IMG/VR virus record: IMGVR_UViG_3300042890_000801
Strand: one strand, 5' to 3'
Origin: an uncultured virus (IMG/VR IMGVR_UViG_3300042890_000801)
Taxonomy: Duplodnaviria > Heunggongvirae > Uroviricota > Caudoviricetes
Length of the DNA stretch: 64,000 nt
The notes beneath the pieces were generated by a model that saw nothing but the letters and a program-made list of their open reading frames with translations, did not search any database and was not told the origin of the DNA. The position numbers and the translations under genes are program-made. Below, piece by piece: positions 26,312 through 36,700 of this stretch (the stretch's first letter is position 1; each line of letters starts with the position of its first letter).

Positions 26312-28870
26312 ATGGGCGGTCAAGCAGCTATACCTACAGAAACTCAATCCATCCAAGCCTATAATCCGAATGCGCTGGATTGGGCTAACTTTGCGCTGAA
26401 GCAGCAGATGCAGGGATTGCAGATGCAGTATTACACTCCATTGCTCAAAGACACGATGGAGAAGCGCAAGCTGTATAAAGGTGTGGTAAACAACGACCCA
26501 GAAGCCCTGCGCCAGTTTTCTGGTATGCCCAAGGGTGCTACACCGCAGCAAGTCCTAGACCGTATCAACGCCTATCGCGGCAGAGGAACACCGAATCCTC
26601 TCATGCCCAATCCGCAGATGCCTTCGGCTATGGGTGCCCCTGATGCTTACACACAGGCGCGGCAGAATAAGTTGGCGCAAAGTCGTGACATGGCGGACCT
26701 CATGGGTGTCAGAAACCCCTATGCAGAAGACCCCGGTAAGATCGACACGGCTGTTCAAAAGATGGCTGAAATAGATAGGATGGTGCAGCAAAAGAGAAAC
26801 CTGAGCCAAGACATGGCGAACCTTGTAGGCGTACAAAACCCCAACCTGCAGAAAAAAGCAGCGGGTGGCATCATGCAACTCAAGGGGTACAAAAATGGTA
26901 AACAGACGAAGAAGACTGCGGAACCCAAAGCAGAAAAAGCTAAACCCGGCCTGAATCAAGACCAAGCGGCGTTTGTTCAGCAGATGGGTAAGTTGATGGA
27001 ATCAGGCAAGACGCCTACTCAGGCTCAACAGGATAGGCTCAATAAGATTGAAGGGCTTACGGGTCGGGATGTATCCCCCTATTCCACTGCAGGTACTATA
27101 GCTCCGACGAACAAAGGTGTCGCTAACGCGGCTACTCGGATGAGTACGGCGTTTAATAAAGGACAGGGAACTACAGAAGAAACCAAAGAACCCACACCCA
27201 ACGTAGTCAGTGAGATGGGGCAGTTTCCTAGGACTCCGGGCGTTAAAATTGATCCTAATAACCCACTTGCCCCGCCAGAATATACCAATCCTTGGATCAA
27301 CACTGCTCTTAATTACGCTAACCAAATGCAAGCTCCTTCCGAGTGGGGTCAAGCGAGTGGTATGTTTGGCACAGCGGCACAAGGGCTTCAAGGATTAGCA
27401 GGGTACACTCCTCAGCAGGTAGCCTACAGTAATGCGGCGGCACAACAAGGTGCGGCTGAAAGAGCCGCTGCTTCCCAAATGGGGTCTATTGCCGATGTCA
27501 GTGCTGATCGTGTAAATCTGGGTCAGTACAATATCAACGCGGCACAAATGCAGCGACCAGAGGATGTAGCCGCTAGAGAGATCGAAGCTAAGAATATCCT
27601 AGGCGCTCAGATGCAACGCCCAGAAGATGTACAGGCGCAAGCATTACAACGCTATCAGATGGACGCTACGGCTCCTATTTCTACTCAAGACCTTGAAGCC
27701 TTCCAGATGGCAGGGCCGGGGTCTTGGACGGATGAGGGGGTATCTTCCAAGTATATGAGCCCCTACATGCAAGGGGTTGTCGATATTTCCAAGCGCGAGG
27801 CAGAGCGCGACTATACCAAGCAGATGAATGCGCTGGCAGCTAAGGCTAAGTCAGCAGGTGCTTTTGGTGGTGCTCGTCAAGCCTTGGAGCGGTCTGAAGC
27901 GCAGCGTAACTTTAATCAGCAGTTGGGAGATATCCAGACTAAAGGAATGCAGCAGGCGTATGAGTCTGGTCGTTCTCAGTATGGGCAGGAGCTAAGCCTC
28001 TCCCAGCAGGCAGGTTTGCAGAATCTTCAATCTAAACTGAGCACTCAGTCTCAATCCTCACAACAGGCACTGCAGGCGATGCTCTCTAACCAGACTATCG
28101 ACTATCAAACCAAACTGCAGAATCTGCAGGCTATGCTCGGCGTACAGAGTCAAGAAGCTCAGCAAATGCTGAATGCGTCTTTGGCAAACCAACAGGTTGG
28201 GTTGACTACAAACCAACAGAACCTACAGGCAGAAATGCAAAAACAGCTTGCCAATCAACAAGCGGGCATGACCTCACAACAGGCGAACCAACAAGCATCC
28301 CTGCAAGCGGCTCTGGCTAATCAACAGTCGGGTCTTACATCAAGCCAGATCAATGCTCAGCTTGCACAACAAGCAGCGTTGGCTAATCAAGGAGTAGGTG
28401 TACAGGGCGACCTAGCCAATCAACAAGCGGCACTTCAAGCAGCATTGGCAAACCAGCAAACTCAGTTTGGTGTAGGGTCTTTGAATGCCAATCTAGCTAA
28501 CCAAGTCGGATTGCAGAATGCTAGCTTGGGGACTCAGGCTTCTCTACAAAATGCTCAGTTGGGTACAAACGTCAACCTTGCCAACTCCCAATACGGCCTG
28601 CAGTCGCAGATGGCTAACCAACAAGCGGGGCTTCAAGGAAATCAGCAGAACATCGGCGCTTACAATGCGATGGGCAACATGGCTCAGGGGCTTGGTGCTA
28701 TAGGCAATCAGAACGCGGCATGGCAGCAGAACCAATTTGGTAACTTTGCTAATATCGCCAACTGGACACAACAGCTTAATCAGAGTGCTTATGATAGGGA
28801 GGCAGGCTTTAACCAAGGTGTTATTGGTGGCTCTCGTATGCCCGGCCAACCTCCTGCTACACCATCATGA
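26312..28870 (+). CDS. Putative DNA pilot/ejection protein
   Basis: YMSPYMQ.VVD, AGAFGG.R motifs; long Gln/Ala-rich LANQQ repeats. Confidence 0.65.
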   Translation: MGGQAAIPTETQSIQAYNPNALDWANFALKQQMQGLQMQYYTPLLKDTMEKRKLYKGVVNNDPEALRQFSGMPKGATPQQVLDRINAYRGRGTPNPLMPNPQMPSAMGAPDAYTQARQNKLAQSRDMADLMGVRNPYAEDPGKIDTAVQKMAEIDRMVQQKRNLSQDMANLVGVQNPNLQKKAAGGIMQLKGYKNGKQTKKTAEPKAEKAKPGLNQDQAAFVQQMGKLMESGKTPTQAQQDRLNKIEGLTGRDVSPYSTAGTIAPTNKGVANAATRMSTAFNKGQGTTEETKEPTPNVVSEMGQFPRTPGVKIDPNNPLAPPEYTNPWINTALNYANQMQAPSEWGQASGMFGTAAQGLQGLAGYTPQQVAYSNAAAQQGAAERAAASQMGSIADVSADRVNLGQYNINAAQMQRPEDVAAREIEAKNILGAQMQRPEDVQAQALQRYQMDATAPISTQDLEAFQMAGPGSWTDEGVSSKYMSPYMQGVVDISKREAERDYTKQMNALAAKAKSAGAFGGARQALERSEAQRNFNQQLGDIQTKGMQQAYESGRSQYGQELSLSQQAGLQNLQSKLSTQSQSSQQALQAMLSNQTIDYQTKLQNLQAMLGVQSQEAQQMLNASLANQQVGLTTNQQNLQAEMQKQLANQQAGMTSQQANQQASLQAALANQQSGLTSSQINAQLAQQAALANQGVGVQGDLANQQAALQAALANQQTQFGVGSLNANLANQVGLQNASLGTQASLQNAQLGTNVNLANSQYGLQSQMANQQAGLQGNQQNIGAYNAMGNMAQGLGAIGNQNAAWQQNQFGNFANIANWTQQLNQSAYDREAGFNQGVIGGSRMPGQPPATPS

Positions 28871-30750
28871 AAACAGCCAACGTATATGAAATAGAGCGGG
28901 CGCTTCAGCAGCCTATTACACCCCAGCAGCGGCAGACAGCCGCTGCCAATAACCCCGTCGCTGCCTTGTTAGCACAAAGGTTAGATGGTGTAGAAGGAAG
29001 TCTACGTACCAAAATGCAAACCCCTCCACCTCCACAGGGTACTGTTATGAATCAATACTACCAATGGCCTCAACAGCAATCGGAAATGGGTCTGGCTCAG
29101 CCGGGTCTTGAACAGATGGCTCAGCAGTATGCTGCCGGTGGGCTCGTTGCTTTTGCCGATGGTGGCCCTGTTTATGATGTAGATGGTGGTGATGCTTACG
29201 CTGATGGTGGCCTAGCCTCCATGCTCCCGATGGGCTACGCGGGTGAAGATGATGTGCCTGTGTTTAACGGATATGCCTATGGTGGGAATGTTCTAAAAAG
29301 CGTTTTCCCCGCTACGTTTGATGAAGACGAGTACGATGCGGGCGAAGGTGATTTTGGTGATGTAGGCTCCGGTGCTTATGGGCTGTCTGAAGAAGATGTA
29401 GCGCGGGATATAAGGGACAACGACATTGCTAGCCGTGTAGCTGAAGAAGAGGCTATGAAGCGCTACAGCGCTGGACCGGGAGATATTATTGGCACGGGAG
29501 TTGAAGGAGCTAAGAAAGTAGGCTCCGCTCTTATGGATATGGCCTTCATCAAAGACCCTGCATGGGAAGCGCGGGAAAAAGCGAAAGAGGCCGATTACTA
29601 TAAAACCACCGCTCCCCCTCCTAGCCGAAGCAAACCAGCAGAGCAAGGCATAGCCGCTGTGCCTACAGAAGAGCCGGGTCTTTTGGATCGTCTAAGAACC
29701 TTGCTTCCACAGAACACTGAATCTGGCGAAGATAGAAAGCAGAAAGAAGCCGTTGCGGAGAAAGGAGCCGCAAAAGCCGCAGAAGTTGCGGCGATGGAAA
29801 AGCCTACTACGGCGAGGAGAGCCTCTGTCTCTGTGCCTTCTGCTAACCCTGTTCGTTTGGCATCTACCTCTGGTATTCCGGGGCTTGAACCTATCCCTGC
29901 TGAAGAAGAAAGGAAAAAAGTGGCCGCACAAGCAGGAAGGGAGGTAGAAGCGGAATTCAGCCAACCTTCAACTCCTGCACAAGCCCCAGAACAACGTGCT
30001 ATAGCACAACAAATAGTGGAAAGCAAACTCACTGCAGATCAGCAAATCGCTGCTCTTGCCAAATACTTCCAGACCGACACCTCTGAGGCGATGCGTATCA
30101 AGGGTGAGATGGAGAAAGAGAGTGCTCATGCAGGCAATGTCGGAATCATGGCGGTACTGGCAAACGCTCTGGGTATGGGGCTAGGCACTTACGGTACAGG
30201 TGCGGCTCGCTGGGGTGCTGGTCTGATGGCAGGTGCTCAGGGAATGATGAGTGAAGAGAAAGCGGCAGCTGCAAGGCAAGACGAGATAAATAAACTACGT
30301 AGAGAGATCGCAGAGTCTCCCAATAAACAGCATAACGAAGCGGCTAAGATGTACTTTGATATTCTTAGAGAACAAGGTAAGTTAAGGAGCGCCGAAGACA
30401 TTGCTAGAGCGAAAGCTATACAGCAACAGAAAATGGCGGAGTACAACGCCGCTAATAAAGAGAGCCAATTCGTTAGAAGTGAATCAGGTAAAAACGCTCG
30501 TACAGCGCGGATGGTAGGTACTAGAGAGCAGGCGGAAATGAATGAAAAGATGAAAACCGCTCAGAACCTAGAGCGCTATTACAGAGACAGCACTGACTAC
30601 CGAATTGCTTCGGAGGAAGAAAGGATACGCAGAATTGCTGAGATTTATGCTGGGCAGGGCTTAACTCCTCCGGGGGCGGTGAGCAGTCAAGGTGCAGGAA
30701 TGCGCCCCATTATTACTCGTAGTGGTATACAATCTCCCTCTGCTCCGTAA
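28867..30750 (+). CDS. Putative ejection protein
   Basis: YAAGGLVAFADGG motif, Gly-rich hydrophobic segment and coiled coil; precedes the giant gene. Confidence 0.6.
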   Translation: MKTANVYEIERALQQPITPQQRQTAAANNPVAALLAQRLDGVEGSLRTKMQTPPPPQGTVMNQYYQWPQQQSEMGLAQPGLEQMAQQYAAGGLVAFADGGPVYDVDGGDAYADGGLASMLPMGYAGEDDVPVFNGYAYGGNVLKSVFPATFDEDEYDAGEGDFGDVGSGAYGLSEEDVARDIRDNDIASRVAEEEAMKRYSAGPGDIIGTGVEGAKKVGSALMDMAFIKDPAWEAREKAKEADYYKTTAPPPSRSKPAEQGIAAVPTEEPGLLDRLRTLLPQNTESGEDRKQKEAVAEKGAAKAAEVAAMEKPTTARRASVSVPSANPVRLASTSGIPGLEPIPAEEERKKVAAQAGREVEAEFSQPSTPAQAPEQRAIAQQIVESKLTADQQIAALAKYFQTDTSEAMRIKGEMEKESAHAGNVGIMAVLANALGMGLGTYGTGAARWGAGLMAGAQGMMSEEKAAAARQDEINKLRREIAESPNKQHNEAAKMYFDILREQGKLRSAEDIARAKAIQQQKMAEYNAANKESQFVRSESGKNARTARMVGTREQAEMNEKMKTAQNLERYYRDSTDYRIASEEERIRRIAEIYAGQGLTPPGAVSSQGAGMRPIITRSGIQSPSAP

Positions 30751-30768
30751 CTTTTCTCGTGACATCCT

Positions 30769-33700
30769 ATGGCTACAAACACAGGCTTAGCAGCGCTTTT
30801 TGATCCTTCTTACCAGACGGGTGATCCAGAACTAGATGCGCTGTTTGGCCTGACAGGTCAGCCAGTAGAAGACCTTCCTCCGTTAAGGTATCCAGAACGA
30901 GGGGAGATAGCTGGGATAGAAGCGCCGGTAAGAGGTGAAGCCCCATTACCAATAAAAACAGGGAAAGGGGGTAAAGGCACAGAGAACCTCAAGTCGGCTT
31001 ACCAATACTTTGTAAGTCAAGGCTTTGCTCCACATCAAGCAGCGGCTATCGTAGGTAATCTAGCCCAAGAATCAGCAGGTAGAACTACGGCTGTTGGAGG
31101 GAATGTACTTCCTAACGATCCTCATTCTGTTGGGTTAGGGCAATGGAATAGAGAGAGACTCTATGGCGGGAAGGGCTATGTCGGTTTAATACCCTTTGCC
31201 AAACAACGCGGGTCTTCGCCAGAAGATTTGCAAACGCAGTTAGATTACGTCATGCAGGAACTGCGTGGCCCAGAACGGGCGGCATATAATAGCTTAATGC
31301 AGGCGGGGTCTTTAGAGGAAGCCACTAGAGTCTTCGGTAAAGCCTATGAACGCCCCAGAGAAAAATATGCTGATTATGGCAATCGTATTGCTCAGGCTAG
31401 AAAATACTTAGGTGCCGAAACTCCTGACCTCGTAGTAAGCCAAACTCCACAAGGACTACAGAAAACGCAACAAGAGTCTCCATACTATCCCGTTCGTTTG
31501 AGCGATGGTCAGGTGTTCGATGTAGAAAAAGGCATGGGGCTGGATGAAGTCGCTACCATGCTCCAGCAAAACAACATCAATGCTAAGCCTCTACGTTCTT
31601 ACGTGGCTCCTGATGGGCAGGAGTTCGATGTTGAATACGACATGACTGATGATGAAATTCAGAACATGTTGAAAGGGCAGAAGCCAGTTGCGCCAGAAGA
31701 ATCTAATTATCTAGGCGCTTTGAAATATGGAGCGCAGCAGGCTGTTTCCGGTATTGCTCAAGGTGCTGGTACGGAAATAGGAGAATTAGGGAAAGCGGTA
31801 GAAGGTTTCAGTCCAACAATCGGGGGCTACCTCCAAGAAAAAGGCCCGCAACTCCATGCTTATGGTGAGCAGCTGGGCAAAGATATCGAAGGCACTTACG
31901 AGCGACCTAAAGGCTTGGGTTTTGTTGAGGAGAACGTAACCTACCCCTTAGCCGAAACCGTTGGGGGTGTGGCTCCTTATGCTGGAGCGTTTATGGTTCC
32001 GGGTGTCGGCCCTGCACTTGGTACAGCCGCTGTCCATGCTGGCAGTATGGGAGAGCTAGAGTCAAGAGCCGAAGCGCAAGGTAAAGAGTTTGTTCCTAGC
32101 GAAGCCCGCCCGTATGCGGTGCTTGACGACGTTGCCAATATGATCGGCTTGAATGCTACCAACAAGCTACTCAAGGCTTTCGGGCAAGATGCCATTCTAG
32201 GATCACGGGAAGCTATTAAAGCTGCGGTAGAGAAAGGTGGTATAGAAGAAGCTAGGAAAGTTGTTGGCTCTCGCATTGGTAATATAGCGAAGCAATTCTT
32301 GGGTGCTGAAGCAGGGACTATTGGTGGGGAAGTAGTTGAAGATGTCATTGGCCGCGCTTATACAGACCAACCGCTGATAGGCGAAGATGCCTTTAATGAA
32401 TACTGGGAAACCACTAAACAGATGGCTCCCTTGGGCGGTGCTACCGGAATCGGTAGGGGTTTTACAGAGCACTACAACAAAGCTACTGAATTTGCCCGTC
32501 TTGAAGAGCAAGCCGCTGTAGAAGAAGCCCTGCAGGAACAGGACGCGCAGCGCCAGAAAATAGAAGAACTTGCCACGATTGGTGTTACTCCAGAGCAGCT
32601 TCAGAAGTATGGGGTGCGTAATGAACTTGAAGGACTGAGTGATGAAGAACTTCTAGAAAGCTTCAAGGCAGACCTTGCGGAGAAAGAGGTGGCAAAAGCC
32701 GCAAGACTTGCGGAGCTTCCAGAAGAACTGCGTGATATTCCCTACCGTGAAGCAAAGCGCTATCAGCAGATGCTGGAAGAGCAAGAAGCAGGAATAACAG
32801 ATGAAGAAAATATTGAACCTGTTGAAGAACAGCCTGCACCTGTTGAGTCTGTTAGTGCTAATCCCCCTGTTGCCCCTGAGATGGGTGCCGTTGAAATACA
32901 AGCAGAACCAGAAGCCGACGAAATCCCAGAGCCGACGATAAGAGGTAGAGCGCCTGAAGTAGTACCCGAAGCAGCAGCTGAAGTAACGAACCCTGCAGAT
33001 ATCTTGGGGCTAAATAATCGTTCTGGTTTGCGTAAGCAACTGCAAGGGTTTGACATAAACAACGTCGAAGACCATCCCAAGATCGAAGGCATACTACAGA
33101 AGACATCGGCTACGTTCTCTGCTGAGAATCTAGCTAATCTCGAAAACAAAATGAAGGAGGTGCAGAGTGCCAACGGTATCCAAGTCCCAGCAGCGCCTGA
33201 TGTTGGCGGCAAGCCACAACCCGAAATTCGCCAAGAAGGTAGGGGTGCCCCAGAAGGTGGCGAAGGAGTTCGTATCAGCCGACCAGAAGTTAGGCAAGTT
33301 GAAGAAATCAAAATCCCCGAAGGGATCAAAGTAGAAGACCTACCGAATAACCGCTTCCGTATCACAGGTGTAGATTTAGATACCGCACAACAAACACTTG
33401 TCTCTGCCAAGATACCGAAGGGGAGCCGAAACGAAGAGCTAGGCGGGCTTGAGTTCAACAACAAAGTACGCGACAAAGTGCTAAGCACACTGCAGCCGCA
33501 GGCCGAAATGCAAGCTGTTCCAAAAGTAAAAACGCCAGAAGTCCCTGCCGCTCCAAAGATTAAAGCACCGAAGGTTGAAACGCCAGAAATAAAAAACCTA
33601 TATAACGAAGCTCTTCAGCATGTACAAAGCACAGGTGTTGCTAGCATTTCCGGCCTGCAGCGCAAGCTAAAAGTAAACCATAAAGAAGCTAACGAGCTGA

Positions 33701-36700
33701 TGAACCGCCTGCAGCAAGATGGTTATGTTAGTGCTCCTGAAAGCAATGGTTCACGGTATGTGCTAGATAAAAAGGCAGAAACACCCACAGCACAAAAAAT
33801 AGAGGGTAAAACCAAAGTAGTCGATGAACAGGGTAATCCGCGTGTCATGTATCACGGCACTGGGGACATCATTAAAGCGTTCGATAGAGAAGGCTTAGGC
33901 ACTCACTTCACATCTGACCCAAAGGTAGCATCCGCCTTTGCCGAGTCTTTTGACGAAGGTGCTAATGTTTTGCCTGTTCGCCTTGATATAAAAAACCCCC
34001 TTCGCGTAAAGGACTTTGGGGGATCGCATTCAGAAGCTACATTCGTGGCTGAAGACTTTATAAAACAAGGTATTCTTCCTAAAAATTATGTGGATGACGC
34101 TTTCTACGCCAGAATTATGAAAGGTGTGGCAGGTGAAAAAGCTAATGAAATATACCAACAAAACAATGCTAAAGAGCTTTCTAAAATTCGTCAGGAGATA
34201 GAAAAGCAGGGGTATGATGGCCTTGTATACGACAACAAAGTAGAAGGCGGCGGGGATACATATATAGCTTTCCGTCCAGAACAGGTTGAATCCGCTATAG
34301 GAAAAAATAAAGAAACTGAGGTAGCGAAGCTACCGGAGCACATCGAAGCATGGGATAACCTACGCACCGCAGATCAACCTGCCTTTGAATCGCTCTCTAA
34401 AGATACTCAGAAGCTATGGAGAGATGAGTACAAAGCAAGCGAAGGGATTGTAGGCAAGGATGCGGTAGATGAATTAGCAAAAAGTGAAAAGTTATTCACC
34501 AAAGAAGCCAAAGCTTCAAACCCTGATGTTGGTATACGCCCTGTAAAAGTTGAAGACTACAGCGACATAAAAGACACCAGAGAACTTGTTAAGCGGTACA
34601 AGGAAAAAGGTACTGATCCTGAGTTATTGAAGCTCATGGACACAATCAATGTGTCTCCTCATTTGGGGGCTTTGCCTGTTGAGTGGGTGCAGAAAGGGGA
34701 CAAACCTCACTCCGATGTAGTGGACGCATTTAATAAAGGTGCTACAGCAATGGTGGCATGGGGCGAAAAGACCGGCCCTAAAATGTATATCCGTGCTGAC
34801 GCCCCGTTGCGTGAAGATATCCTTGTGCATGAAGCTGTGCATGGTGTGACTGAAGCAGCGCTCCAAAGGAATCCAGCATCTGCCAAAGAACTTTCTGATT
34901 TATCCAAGCAGATTGGGTATTCGCTTTCTGAAGAGTACAGGATGGCGCATGGCTCTAAAGGCAAAGAAGCGAGTGACTTTTGGAATGAGGTCATCAAAGA
35001 TAATCCGGGCGAACTGCTGGCATACGGCTTGACTTCCCCTACGTTCAGAGAAGTGTTAAGTCAGTATGGGGCGGATGGCAAACCGTTCAAAGCATATCGT
35101 ACTGAAGCTGAATTGAATGCTGTTCGTAAAGGACAAGAGAAACCGGCTAGGGCGTTCACCGCGCAGGCACCTAAAGAACTTACGTTGTGGGATAAGTTTG
35201 TTGATGCTGTGGCTAAATTGTTTGGCCTGCCTACTTCTCGTAAAGCTGAGTTCAAACGCCAGCTGGATGAGTACCTAAACAAGAAGTCTACGTATGAACA
35301 GAAGGTAAAGGATTACAACACTCTCCGTCCTTTGCAGGAACGGCTTGACACTGCATTTAAGGAAGCCCTTAAAGAGACTTCAAAGAAAGGTATCGACTTT
35401 GAAGGAACCGCAGTTAAACAAATAAAAGAAGAAGCTGAGCGTACCACCCCCCTCGTCAAAGAAACAGAAGTGGAAGGCCCAACCGAGGCAGAACTCAAAG
35501 AAGCGGAGAAACGCCTCAAAGCTTCCGGTCTGGTCGGTGCTGTAAAAGATAAGACGTTTGGTGATAAATTCAAAGGTGTCATCAACGATCTCTTCAAAGA
35601 AGGGCGCAACACTTCATTCGTCGCTGAGTACGTAGATATCCGTGAGCCTATCTCCAAGGCAGTGCAGGATTTGCCGGATAATGTAGGACAGAAGCTACGT
35701 AGTGATTACATATACAGCGCCTATGAGCAACGAGGAAATGTTATCCAAGAGTCTTACCGCAAAGGCTTTGTGGCTATGGGGCGCGATGGCACTATTGAAA
35801 CTGTGGCTGACAAGCAGCTTGCTCTTGCTGAAATCTTTAAGCGGGTGGGAGCCAAGAACCATAATCTGTTTAATAATGTTCTTGTAGCGTTGCGTGTCCG
35901 TACTATACGTGCTCAGGATGCTGAAACCAGAGCGCAAGCCAATAAGATGCTCAACATGGCTGACGAAATGGAAGACTTTGCCAGTACCCTAAAGAATCCG
36001 GCTAAACGTAAGAAGTTTAATAGTGCCGCACGAAATCTTCGCACTGTAGCAGAAAAGAAGCTGGAGAGCATCAACTGGGATAAGGGGCGCACTGAGTTTA
36101 CCGATGAAGTAGTAAAACGGGCGGAGACGGTGCTTGCTGGTCATCCTGAGTTAGTTAACGAAGCCGAGAACGTCTATGCACTGCTACGCAAGCAGGTAGA
36201 CCTGTGGGAAAACGAGGGGATGATTGACAAGGCTACGGCAGATGACTGGCGTAAGTACCCCAACTATTTCCCTCTGTACAAGACGGAGAAGTATGACGAG
36301 CAGCTAGCCAACCCCTCTGCCCATCTCGATAGCTACGGTGCCATGATGGGTAAAAACCCTGATAAGCTGCCTAAGGTCCACAGGCAGGAGTGGCATGAGC
36401 ACAAAGTCTTTGTCGAGGATAACCTTCTTCGCCATATCACCTTTTTTGCTTCTGCTGCCGCTGAGCATTCTGCGCGTAAGAACACTGCCTACAACCTTGA
36501 GATGGTAGGCAAAGCAGAGCGCGTGAAGAAAGACGCATGGGGCGATAAAGACCTCATTGTGAAGTTCAGAGAGAATGGCAAGGACGTGTTCTATCGCGTT
36601 GACGATGTTCCTTCCTATTATGCGATGCAGTCGGCCATGCCTCTCATGAGTCCTCTTCTGAAGCGTATGCGCCAAGCAGGTAACTTTGGACGGGGTGTGA

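Noticed and set aside
32763..33488. 241-aa antisense ORF and other long shadow ORFs (e.g. 44665-45330, 43458-44021, 8412-8975)
   Set aside because: They lie opposite well-supported genes and show no recognisable motifs or RBS.
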